From: Opitutales bacterium
Lineage (GTDB): Bacteria > Verrucomicrobiota > Verrucomicrobiia > Opitutales > UBA953
Assembly (NCBI GenBank): GCA_040398065.1
Contig: JBBAUU010000001.1
Location: 1-35,931 of the forward strand
DNA: 35,931 nt
Direction of reading: 5' to 3'
A model generated the notes under the pieces. The model did not search any database. It saw only the letters and a list, made by a program, of their open reading frames with translations, and had not been told where the DNA came from. Of this stretch, positions 1-8,767 are shown piece by piece. The position numbers and the translations under genes were made by a program. How positions within the stretch are numbered: position 1 is the stretch's first letter; each line of letters opens with the position of its first letter.

Positions 1-16
1 AAATAGATAAAATCAA

Positions 17-46
17 CCCGCCCCCCCCGACGCCGCCCCCCCGCCC
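17..46. repeat. C-rich tract C3-G-C8-GACGCCG-C7-G-C3 (G-runs on the minus strand)
   Basis: Read directly: cccgccccccccgacgccgcccccccgccc sits between AT-rich flanks (aaatagataaaatcaa / aaattttattaaag), about 60 nt upstream of the TTG start at 108. Confidence 0.9.
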
Positions 47-107
47 AAATTTTATTAAAGGGCGTAATCTCCAGAAAATAACTGAAAAGAGAGATTCAGG
101 TGAGATT

Positions 108-1787
108 TTGGGTAAATTAAGGAACATCATTATCGCAGGAGTTATGGTGTTTTGTATTTTATTGGGAGCCTGGCTGTACACCTCGACAACCCGGATTAAA
201 AGAGGCGACGGAAAGGCAATTTCGCAGAACCAAAAAGATAAAAACGAGGAATTAAAAGAGCTCTCACAAAAAAAAGAGGCGGCCTTTGAGGAAATAAAAC
301 TAAAAAAAGATTTATTAACCGAAGATGATCTAAGTTTGTTAGCCGAAGCGCTAAAAGCCCAAGAAGACTATGTCGCGCAGCAGGGTGCATTGAGTGCAGA
401 TAATAGTCGCCTCGAGGGATTAAGAAAAAAACTACACATCATCAATGCCGAGATTTTACGTGGGGTTTCCCGCCAGGCTGAAGAAAAAGCCCAAAGAAGC
501 GAAGATACCAATCCCTTAGAGTCCAAAAATTTAATCAAGCAGGCTTTGGACTCCGAACGCGCCATCCAAAACAAATGGATTTATTCAGGTATGGTTGATG
601 TTGGAAAAATTGCGCGGCTGGAAACACGGCTAAGAAGAATGGAAGCAACACCGCTTTGGGAAAAAACCCGAAAGTACGAAAGAGAGGCCGAAGAATATTT
701 CAAAGCCGAGAATATCGAGCTTGCGCGGGATAGCATCACTGAGGCGATAAAAATAGAAACCAACTTTTTAGAAAACTACCGTGATGTTTTAAACACGGAG
801 TTCGGGCGAATTGACCAACTGGGTATTCGGAAAGAAACATACATTTCTTACCCCCTCTATAAAGAGCTGAAGGCCTTAGTTAATGAAGCGGAACAAAAAG
901 AAAAAAGCGAACAGTGGAACGAAGCAGAGATACTCTGGGATCAAGCTATGGTGAAACAAAAACTTATAATTAGCAAAAATCCTCTGAGTGAATATGCGAA
1001 TCAGAAAAACAGTGCCGAGTTAGAAAAAAGAAGAAATCTTGCGCGATCCACCTTAGAGGTAAGAAAACTAAAAGACGAACTCGCCGAAATGCAGGCGAAA
1101 ATCAGAGAAAAGAAATACGATCAAGCGATTGAAGATGCCAAAAAACTTTTAGAGAGTGCACAAAGAATAGAAACCAAAAATCCTGGAGTATTGCCAAGTG
1201 ATTCACCGCTCATTCAGGAACTCACGTTTATCACCAATCGCCAAGGCATGATAAAAATAATCAATAATGCAATTGAAGGTTATTTTATTAAACACCCCGT
1301 GAAAAAGGAAATAAAACTTATGCGTCACGAGGTTCCCCAATCGTTCTATCAGGCGGTTATGGGCCTGAACCCGAGTGCTGTGGTGCGTGGTAATTTGCCG
1401 GTAGAATCGGTAAACTACGAAGACACGCAGAAATTCTGTAAACAACTCGGTTGGTTCACTGGCCGGAAAACAAGACTACCCACCGCCGAAGAATTTATGC
1501 AAGCCGCCGGCGAGAATGGTGAGAAAAATAAACCCGACCAGGCTTGGACGTTTGATAATACGGACGGCCTCACCACTAGGAACGTCGCAACTACCCAGAT
1601 GAACCGCTTCGGGTTTTATGATCTCATCGGCAATGTAGAAGAATGGACAGACGCACCGCAGGCCAATGAAGAAGCATTTATTTTAGGTGGCAGCGTTAAC
1701 ACCGTGACCAAAAAAGAATTTCCCCAGCGCAAGGCCCTGAAACGCGAACGCAGTCGCACACTAGGCTTTCGTGTCATCCAAGAATAA
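108..1787 (+). CDS. Membrane-anchored coiled-coil protein with C-terminal FGE-sulfatase (SUMF1/DUF323-like) domain
   Basis: TTG start preceded by AGGTGA. N-terminal TM helix (IIIAGVMVFCILLGAWLY). About 380 aa of E/K/Q/L-rich helical repeats. C-terminal motifs typical of the FGE-sulfatase fold: PVESVNYEDTQKFCKQL, RLPTAEEF, FGFYDLIGNVEEWTD, GGS, RTLGFRV. Confidence 0.7.
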   Translation: MGKLRNIIIAGVMVFCILLGAWLYTSTTRIKRGDGKAISQNQKDKNEELKELSQKKEAAFEEIKLKKDLLTEDDLSLLAEALKAQEDYVAQQGALSADNSRLEGLRKKLHIINAEILRGVSRQAEEKAQRSEDTNPLESKNLIKQALDSERAIQNKWIYSGMVDVGKIARLETRLRRMEATPLWEKTRKYEREAEEYFKAENIELARDSITEAIKIETNFLENYRDVLNTEFGRIDQLGIRKETYISYPLYKELKALVNEAEQKEKSEQWNEAEILWDQAMVKQKLIISKNPLSEYANQKNSAELEKRRNLARSTLEVRKLKDELAEMQAKIREKKYDQAIEDAKKLLESAQRIETKNPGVLPSDSPLIQELTFITNRQGMIKIINNAIEGYFIKHPVKKEIKLMRHEVPQSFYQAVMGLNPSAVVRGNLPVESVNYEDTQKFCKQLGWFTGRKTRLPTAEEFMQAAGENGEKNKPDQAWTFDNTDGLTTRNVATTQMNRFGFYDLIGNVEEWTDAPQANEEAFILGGSVNTVTKKEFPQRKALKRERSRTLGFRVIQE

Positions 1788-1793
1788 TTATTT

Positions 1794-3740
1794 ATGAAAA
1801 CCATCACCAATTTTTATAATAAAGCAAACTACCCCAAGCGACTAGCACTCTACTTTTTGGTCTATGCTCCTATTATTACAGCGGTGTTTTGGTTAAGTTA
1901 TGAAATTAGATTTTTAAGTGACACAAAAATTATAAACGAAGCCCTAGCGACCAATAAGGAGAATACCCGAAACTTTTATATGAACTATCAGCGGTACTAT
2001 GCGCTGATATGGATTATTCCACTTAAGTTTATTATTTTAGGGCTTGGTGCACACTACCGCAGCGTCCTCAGATATTTTCGACTGCACGATGCCATGCGCG
2101 TCATTTACTCTTTAACCATCGCCTCGTTTGTTATTTACTTAATTCCTACGCTGCAAAATTTAATTATTAAAGGTGCGGAGCCTGGTGCTAGTATTTATAC
2201 CATTCCTCACAGCGTTGTCTTGGTTGATTACAATCTCTCAATTTTAATGTTCTTGGGAGTGAGGGTACTCATCCGCGCCATCAATGAACGCCGAAAAAAA
2301 GATCCTAACTTAAATAAGAAAACAAAACGGGTAGCTATCATCGGTGCAGGTGCGATTGGTGAACAAATCCTCATCGATTTATTGAAAAGAAAAGAGGAGG
2401 GGATTGAGCCCGTTTGTTTCTTGGATGATAACTGCCAAAAGCACGGCTTAGACATTCATGGTATTCCTGTATTAGGGTATCCCGAAAGTTTAGCAGAAAT
2501 TAAGGAACGAGCACAGATCAGCGAAGTCATTTTAACCCTGCCATCGACCGCGAGTAAAAGAATTAAAGAAATCAATGCCCTCGCCCAAAAAGCCGGGATT
2601 AATACTTTAATTATTCCTACGGTCGGTGACTTAAGTTCGGGCCGTGTGACGATTACTGATTTACGCCCTGTGTCGGTTGAAGACTTACTGGGTCGGGCCC
2701 CGGCCGATTTAGATACGGTCGCGATTAACGAACTTATTTCTGGTCAATCAGTTTTAGTCACGGGTGCAGGCGGCAGCATTGGCAGTGAAATTGCCCGTCA
2801 GGTCGCCCAACGTAACCCGAAGCAGTTAGTCATTTTAGATCAGTGTGAAGTTTTACTCTACACGATTGAACAAGAATTAATTGCCCGCGGACATGGAGAT
2901 ATCATTTTCCCTATCGTGGCGGATGTTACCGACGCCGTGAGAATGGAAGATATTTTTAAACGTTTTAAACCCGAACTCGTTTTACATGCGGCCGCGCATA
3001 AGCATGTCCCCATGATGGAATCGCAGCCCGGCGAAGCTCTTAAAAATAACACTTTAGGTACCACCTTGGTTGCGGCCTTGGCTTCACAATATAAGGCCAA
3101 AAAATTTATCTTAATTTCGACGGATAAAGCAGTTAACCCAACAAACATCATGGGGGCATCTAAGCGCTTGGCAGAAATTGCGGTCCAGTCCATGCAGCAA
3201 AAACCAGAAAACACCACCCGCTTTATTGCGGTAAGGTTCGGCAATGTTTTAGGATCGTCGGGCTCGGTTATCCCCCTTTTCCAAAAACAAATTAAAGCAG
3301 GTGGTCCGATTACCGTAACCCATCCTGAGGTCACTCGTTATTTCATGACCATACCAGAAGCGGTTGGCTTGGTTTTACAAAGTGCCTGTCAGGGCAACGG
3401 TGGAGATATTTTAGTATTAGAAATGGGTAAGCCTCAAAAAGTCATCGACGTGGCGCGACAACTTATCGAGCTCAGCGGACTTAAACCCGATATTGATATT
3501 GAAATAAAAATTATTGGGCTGCGCCCAGGCGAAAAAATGTTCGAAGAAATCCAACACACCCGCGAGGAGTATAGTCCGACCAATAATGACCGAATTTTTA
3601 GATTTACTGGTCCAACCTTGGATTACGCCGATTTAAACCGAATATTAAAAGAAATTAATACGCTGATTTTAAAAGAAAACGAGACCTGTAAAAAAGGTGT
3701 TCAACAACTTATCCCCGAATATAATCCACAATTAAAATGA
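1794..3740 (+). CDS. CapD/PglF/WbpM-family membrane-bound NDP-sugar 4,6-dehydratase (polysaccharide biosynthesis protein)
   Basis: Four N-terminal TM segments. First Rossmann motif [16 protein letters not shown] domain [57 protein letters not shown]. The stop overlaps the purE start (ATGA at 3737-3740). Confidence 0.85.
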   Translation: MKTITNFYNKANYPKRLALYFLVYAPIITAVFWLSYEIRFLSDTKIINEALATNKENTRNFYMNYQRYYALIWIIPLKFIILGLGAHYRSVLRYFRLHDAMRVIYSLTIASFVIYLIPTLQNLIIKGAEPGASIYTIPHSVVLVDYNLSILMFLGVRVLIRAINERRKKDPNLNKKTKRVAIIGAGAIGEQILIDLLKRKEEGIEPVCFLDDNCQKHGLDIHGIPVLGYPESLAEIKERAQISEVILTLPSTASKRIKEINALAQKAGINTLIIPTVGDLSSGRVTITDLRPVSVEDLLGRAPADLDTVAINELISGQSVLVTGAGGSIGSEIARQVAQRNPKQLVILDQCEVLLYTIEQELIARGHGDIIFPIVADVTDAVRMEDIFKRFKPELVLHAAAHKHVPMMESQPGEALKNNTLGTTLVAALASQYKAKKFILISTDKAVNPTNIMGASKRLAEIAVQSMQQKPENTTRFIAVRFGNVLGSSGSVIPLFQKQIKAGGPITVTHPEVTRYFMTIPEAVGLVLQSACQGNGGDILVLEMGKPQKVIDVARQLIELSGLKPDIDIEIKIIGLRPGEKMFEEIQHTREEYSPTNNDRIFRFTGPTLDYADLNRILKEINTLILKENETCKKGVQQLIPEYNPQLK

Positions 3741-4249
3741 GCAACCAACCTAAAAACTTAGTGGGTTTAATTATGGGGTCACAAAGCGACTGGGAAATCA
3801 TGGAGCACGCCGCTAATCAATTAAAAGAATTTAAAATCCCCTTTAAGGCAGAAATTGTTAGTGCTCATCGTACTCCTCTAAAACTAAAAGACTACGCTCT
3901 CCGGGCCGAGGCTGCGGGATATAAGGTTATCATCGCGGGTGCGGGAGGGGCGGCTCATCTTCCTGGAATGGCTGCAGCTATGACCACCTTGCCCGTGCTC
4001 GGTGTACCCGTTCCCTCAAAAACTTTAGATGGTCTAGACTCACTCCTTTCGATTGTCCAAATGCCCGCGGGTATTCCGGTGCATACTTTTGCGATTGGCA
4101 GAGCTGGTGCGATCAACGCAGCGCTAGGCGCGGCCGCCATATTAGCTTTGAGCGACAAAAGAATTGATAAAGAACTTAAGAATTTCCGAAAAAACCAAAC
4201 ACAAAAAGTTCTGAAAAACTCTCGCCCGGTTAAAAAGAAGAAAAAATAA
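3737..4249 (+). CDS. purE: N5-carboxyaminoimidazole ribonucleotide mutase
   Basis: [48 protein letters not shown]. Ends in an unusual KKKKK tail. Confidence 0.93.
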   Translation: MSNQPKNLVGLIMGSQSDWEIMEHAANQLKEFKIPFKAEIVSAHRTPLKLKDYALRAEAAGYKVIIAGAGGAAHLPGMAAAMTTLPVLGVPVPSKTLDGLDSLLSIVQMPAGIPVHTFAIGRAGAINAALGAAAILALSDKRIDKELKNFRKNQTQKVLKNSRPVKKKKK

Positions 4250-4250
4250 A

Positions 4251-5390
4251 ATGGTCAAACCAGTTACACCGGGAGAAACAATCGGCATTTTAGGAGGTGG
4301 TCAATTGGGCCGTATGTCAGCGCAGGCCGCCCAAAAATTAGGATACAAGGTAAAGATTTTCGATCCCGCATCGTTTGTGTGTGCTTCCGCGGTTGCTCAA
4401 GAAACTATTACCGCACCATGGGATGATGTTAAGGCCCTCAAAAAATTCACCAACGGCTGCAGTCGGGTCACCCTAGAATTTGAAAATATTCCACCCAGCA
4501 CTATAGAGTTCGTAAATAAAATTACCCCCTGTCACCCCTCTGCACGGGTACTGGAAATCTGTCAAAATCGCCAAAGAGAAAAAGAGTTTTTAAGAGAAAA
4601 CCAAATTCCCTGCGCACCCTTTAGAGTGGTGAATACCTTGGAAGAATTGAAAGAAGCCGTTCAAGAAATTGGTTACCCTTGCGTGTTAAAAACGGCCATA
4701 TTTGGCTACGACGGAAAGGGCCAAATAAAAATTTCTAACAAAACTCAAGATTTGGAAGAAGCTTGGTCAATTACGGCTGGTGGTCGTGGAGTTTTAGAGG
4801 CCTGGATTCCTCACGACTGCGAAATTTCCGTGATTATTGTACGTGGAGAAAACGGGGAGGTAGCGGTCTACGAACCCACAGAAAATATCCACAAAGATCA
4901 CATTCTTCATCTCTCGTTATCCCCGGCCAGAATTAGCCATGGTGTGATTCAAGAGGCAAAATCATTGGCCCTACAAATAGTAGAGAAAATAAACTTAACC
5001 GGAATCTTGGCCGTCGAGATGTTTGTTCACCAAGAGAAAATATTAGTAAACGAATTAGCTCCGCGTCCGCATAATAGTGGACACGTTACGCTCGATAATA
5101 ACACCACCAGTCAATTTGAGCAACACATCCGCTCGGTTTGTGGCTTACCTCTCGGACATATAAAAACCCAGCAACCAGCCGTGATGCTCAATCTACTGGG
5201 TGATCTCTGGAAAAACGGAAACACTCCCGATTGGAACATCGCGCTTCAATATCCCAATGTTAAATTAAACCTCTATGAAAAGGGACAGGCCGTACCGAAA
5301 AGAAAAATGGGCCACTTAACTGTGCTTGGTCCAACCTTAGAGGAGGCTTTAAAATTAGCGCAAAAGATTGACCGAGAACTTTTAGCTTAA
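4251..5390 (+). CDS. purK: N5-carboxyaminoimidazole ribonucleotide synthase (ATP-grasp)
   Basis: IGILGGGQLGRM N-terminus, ATP-grasp core (GYPCVLKT, YDGKGQ, VNELAPRPHNSGH). Starts 1 nt after the purE stop. Confidence 0.9.
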   Translation: MVKPVTPGETIGILGGGQLGRMSAQAAQKLGYKVKIFDPASFVCASAVAQETITAPWDDVKALKKFTNGCSRVTLEFENIPPSTIEFVNKITPCHPSARVLEICQNRQREKEFLRENQIPCAPFRVVNTLEELKEAVQEIGYPCVLKTAIFGYDGKGQIKISNKTQDLEEAWSITAGGRGVLEAWIPHDCEISVIIVRGENGEVAVYEPTENIHKDHILHLSLSPARISHGVIQEAKSLALQIVEKINLTGILAVEMFVHQEKILVNELAPRPHNSGHVTLDNNTTSQFEQHIRSVCGLPLGHIKTQQPAVMLNLLGDLWKNGNTPDWNIALQYPNVKLNLYEKGQAVPKRKMGHLTVLGPTLEEALKLAQKIDRELLA

Positions 5391-5839
5391 TCGAGCAAGT
5401 CAGGCCGACGGACAAATAAGTGAATCGGAATCTGACCGAGCGAAGCAAACAGAAGAATCGCCTGAAACACGGGCAGACGAGCTTTTGTTTTGGCGGCTGT
5501 TGCGATATAGTTTTTCGCCATCACTTCAGAAATCATCGCAAAGGCAAAAACTACAGCCGCGACGCAGAGTACCCCAAAAATAATTCTCCACTGTTTTTCA
5601 TCTTTAATTTTTTCTAAGGGAATTAAGATTACCAAACCAAAGAAAATAAAAAAGTAATTCTCCGCGCTCAGCGCCAAGGGGAAGGAAACAGTTTCGGGTT
5701 TCCAGCGTGGAGGAATAGTCAGGCCGCCCAAAGAAAAACCGCCTGCAAACTCAAGAACGGCTAAAAAAATAATAAAGAAGGCAAAGCCGTAGGTTGCCCA
5801 GCGGGCATAAATTAAGCCTCTCGTTGTCTTACTATTCAT
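5387..5839 (-). CDS. Hypothetical integral membrane protein (about 4 TM helices)
   Basis: 150-aa ORF with hydrophobic segments (YGFAFFIIFLAVLEF, FFIFFGLVILIPL, IIFGVLCVAAVVFAFAMI, VFQAILLFASL). No family recognised. Its 3' end overlaps the purK stop by 4 nt (convergent). Confidence 0.55.
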   Translation of the reverse strand: MNSKTTRGLIYARWATYGFAFFIIFLAVLEFAGGFSLGGLTIPPRWKPETVSFPLALSAENYFFIFFGLVILIPLEKIKDEKQWRIIFGVLCVAAVVFAFAMISEVMAKNYIATAAKTKARLPVFQAILLFASLGQIPIHLFVRRPDLLD

Positions 5840-5886
5840 TTTGGCTAACTAAATAGCCAAACTATTGAATAGCAAGAATACGCAGA

Positions 5887-6768
5887 TTAAATTCTGAATA
5901 ACGCCACGTCGCTCCATTCGCCCATCGTTCGTCCATCCACCTCAACCTTCCCCCAATTTTCCTTACATTTGGCGGCAAAAAAATCACGGACGGTTTCTTG
6001 TTCCTTATTTAAAATTCCGCTTAAAACTAAAACGCCGCCAGGCTTGATGGATTGAACCAGCTCGTCGGCATAGATACAGAGCACATCACTAATAATATTG
6101 GCTAAGACGACGTCTGCGGTGCCGGTTAATTTAAATCCTTCTTCCAAGCCCGCATGATGAAAAGAAATATTTTTATCACAGATATTGTTTTCGATACGGT
6201 TGTTTTCACTGACTCTGACTGATTCAGGATCGCGGTCAAAGCCGGCGACGTTTTGGCATCCCAGCTGAACGGCCGATAGGCCTAATATCCCTGACCCACA
6301 ACCTGCATCAACGACTTTGGTGGTCGCCGCGGAATGAGTTTTTAAAAAATCAATTAATCGGATGACGCAAAGTCGAGTGGTGGGGTGGTCCCCCGTTCCA
6401 AACGCTAACCCCGCATCAAACCAAATCACAGCATCCCCGGCGGGCACTTGGTAATTTTGTCGCATCCACGAAGGCACCCAATGTAAATTTTCATAATTCC
6501 AGGGCTTGAGGTGTTCCTTATAGGCTTCTTTCCAATCTTTATCTTCGAGTTGAATCGAATCAAATTTCTCGGGCAGGTGTTTAAATTTTTTTCGTAAAAA
6601 AACCCATGACTCGTCGGCTTGTTCCTGGGTGTCAAAGTAACCCACGACAAAATGAGGCTTTCCGGGGCCTTCATGAAACAACATCCAAGACGAACGCGTT
6701 AACTCACAAAAAAAATCTTCAAGCGGTTGAACTAAATCCTCATGAATGGGAGCGCGTAATTCGATCAT
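5887..6768 (-). CDS. prmA: Ribosomal protein L11 methyltransferase
   Basis: FGTGDHPTTRLC and the SAM motif VVDAGCGSGILG; typical length of 293 aa. Starts 3 nt downstream of purN on the same strand. Confidence 0.9.
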   Translation of the reverse strand: MIELRAPIHEDLVQPLEDFFCELTRSSWMLFHEGPGKPHFVVGYFDTQEQADESWVFLRKKFKHLPEKFDSIQLEDKDWKEAYKEHLKPWNYENLHWVPSWMRQNYQVPAGDAVIWFDAGLAFGTGDHPTTRLCVIRLIDFLKTHSAATTKVVDAGCGSGILGLSAVQLGCQNVAGFDRDPESVRVSENNRIENNICDKNISFHHAGLEEGFKLTGTADVVLANIISDVLCIYADELVQSIKPGGVLVLSGILNKEQETVRDFFAAKCKENWGKVEVDGRTMGEWSDVALFRI

Positions 6769-6771
6769 AAA

Positions 6772-7344
6772 TTATAACAGAGAAAGTTCAGCGATGACCT
6801 TCGGTAGTAAGATGTGTTCTGCGGCGTGAATCTTTTCGGCAAAGGTATCCAAGGTGTCAGAGGTTTCTCGTAAAACCTTCGTTTGACCTAAATGTTGTCC
6901 GCCATCCACCTCGGCCGTGACCCAATGAACCGTGCAGCCGCCCTCGTTCACCCCAGCGCGCCAGGTTTGACCAATCCCATCTAACCCAGGAAATTTGGGT
7001 AATAAGCTCGGATGGATATTTATAATTTTATTTTTAAATGCGTTAAGCAGGGGGGCCTTAATGACCCGCATAAATCCTGCTAAAACAACTAAATCAACTT
7101 GCTGGGACAGTAGGGTATTAGCCCAAATAATTTCCTGTTCGGGCGAAAACTTGGTTTTAAATGGTCCCGGGTCTAAATAAAATGAAGGAACGCTAAAGCG
7201 TGGGCCCAGTTTTAGCATGGGGGCCTGTGGGTTATCGCAAAAAATCCCCACGATGTCGGCTCGACCCAGTTGACCGTTTTGCTTTGCGCGGAGGATGGCT
7301 TCGGCATTCGAGCCTCGTCCCGATCCTAATAGTGCAACACGCAT
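6772..7344 (-). CDS. purN: Phosphoribosylglycinamide formyltransferase
   Basis: MRVALLGSGRGSNAEAIL, LVVLAGFMRV, IINIHPSLLPKFPG, GCTVHWV. Confidence 0.9.
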   Translation of the reverse strand: MRVALLGSGRGSNAEAILRAKQNGQLGRADIVGIFCDNPQAPMLKLGPRFSVPSFYLDPGPFKTKFSPEQEIIWANTLLSQQVDLVVLAGFMRVIKAPLLNAFKNKIINIHPSLLPKFPGLDGIGQTWRAGVNEGGCTVHWVTAEVDGGQHLGQTKVLRETSDTLDTFAEKIHAAEHILLPKVIAELSLL

Positions 7345-7447
7345 GGAGTTAAATTGAGCAGCCGATGGAGCACCGCAAATGTTTTTAATTAGAAAATCAC
7401 ACTTTAAACTCTCTTAAATTTAGTGATACTCAAGAAAATGAATTTAT

Positions 7448-8767
7448 ATGGAACGTCGCCAATTTTTTAAAATCATCGCTCTGTCATCATTCGGTGCTGC
7501 GATATTACCGGGATGCGTAGGTGGCGGCTCGGTGGGTGGCTCAGGCGGTGGCGTAAGTGTTTCACCCACCAACACTCCTTTACCGGCCATTGGAAAAACA
7601 TTACTCGGTATCGATGTTTTGCAGGCCGAAAACTTTAATAGGATAAAAGGATTGCGTTGTGGATTGGTAACCCACCGCGCGGGAGTTAATGGCCAAGGCC
7701 AACGCACGGTAGATGTTTTATTTAATGCGCCAGGCGTTAAGTTAACTAAACTTTTTGGACCAGAGCATGGTATTGATGGAACGGTGGCCGCCGAGAAGAG
7801 TGTAAAAAATGAAAAAGATAAAAAAACCGGGTTACCGATATACTCTTTATATGGACCGACACGCCGCCCGACCCCTGCGATGTTATCCGACCTTGATGTG
7901 ATCCTCGTCGACTTCCAAGACGTGGGTTCACGTTCATACACTTATATCAGTTGTATGAAATATGTAATGGAGGCGTGTTACAGTTTACCCCAACCCATTA
8001 AGGTTATCATTTTAGATCGTCCTAATCCTCTAGGCGGAGAAAAAGTGGATGGACCCATGCTCGATGCGAAATGGAAAAGTTATGTAGGAGCTTATGTAAT
8101 GCCTTATGTGCACGGCTTAACGATTGGTGAAATTGCATGGTGGGCGGTATCCGCTCCCGGGGTTTTAGATTTATCCGAAGCCCAAAGAAAAAATGCTCAG
8201 TTGGATGTGGTCACCATGCGAGGATGGAGTCGCACTATGACTTGGAATCAAACCGGATTAACTTGGGTTCCGACCTCTCCACGCATTCCCACCGCACAGG
8301 CTGCCTTAGGCTATGCGATGGTTGGATTAGGCTGTATTGTCGGTGGCTTTAGCCACTCATTTGAAAACCAAATGCATTTTAGGTTTATAAAGTATAGTAA
8401 AAGAAAATCAGGCGACCTAGTCGCCGCTCTCGGAAAATCTGTCACAGGTTTAAAATTAGAACCAAAAATTATGTCTGATGGAACTCAAGGCGTTTACACG
8501 CAGGTAGAAAATTGGAGTCAGCTTAATCCCTGCGAAATTTCTCTACACATGATGAAACAGGCGTGCATCTGGGATCCTTCCAATCCCTTTACGCGCACCA
8601 CCGGCACCGCCCGAGAACTCTTTATCAAGCACGTCGGAAGTGAGGCCTTTTTTGAAGAGCTGCGAACAAAGGGCGCAGCAATTAATCTCGAAGCGTGGAT
8701 CAGTAAGTGGCGAGCTGAGGCCAGTGCCTTCCGTGCCCGCACCCGTGCGTATCAATTATACAGTTAG
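7448..8767 (+). CDS. namZ: DUF1343-family protein (exo-beta-N-acetylmuramidase NamZ-like), predicted Tat-exported lipoprotein
   Basis: DUF1343 motifs GLVTHRAGVN, LFGPEHG, VDFQDVGSRSYTYIS, LDRPNPLGG. N-terminus has the twin-arginine ERRQFFK and the lipobox ILPGC, followed by a G/S-rich linker. Confidence 0.78.
   Translation: MERRQFFKIIALSSFGAAILPGCVGGGSVGGSGGGVSVSPTNTPLPAIGKTLLGIDVLQAENFNRIKGLRCGLVTHRAGVNGQGQRTVDVLFNAPGVKLTKLFGPEHGIDGTVAAEKSVKNEKDKKTGLPIYSLYGPTRRPTPAMLSDLDVILVDFQDVGSRSYTYISCMKYVMEACYSLPQPIKVIILDRPNPLGGEKVDGPMLDAKWKSYVGAYVMPYVHGLTIGEIAWWAVSAPGVLDLSEAQRKNAQLDVVTMRGWSRTMTWNQTGLTWVPTSPRIPTAQAALGYAMVGLGCIVGGFSHSFENQMHFRFIKYSKRKSGDLVAALGKSVTGLKLEPKIMSDGTQGVYTQVENWSQLNPCEISLHMMKQACIWDPSNPFTRTTGTARELFIKHVGSEAFFEELRTKGAAINLEAWISKWRAEASAFRARTRAYQLYS

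Noticed and set aside
2858-3334. 158-aa minus-strand ORF inside the CapD-like gene
   Set aside because: It is antisense to a well-supported SDR domain, has no motifs and is Cys/Ala/Ser-rich, as expected for a shadow frame.
7444-7941. 165-aa minus-strand ORF antisense to the namZ 5' region
   Set aside because: It is a shadow of the G/S-rich linker and DUF1343 coding frame. It is proline/glycine-rich nonsense with no independent start context.
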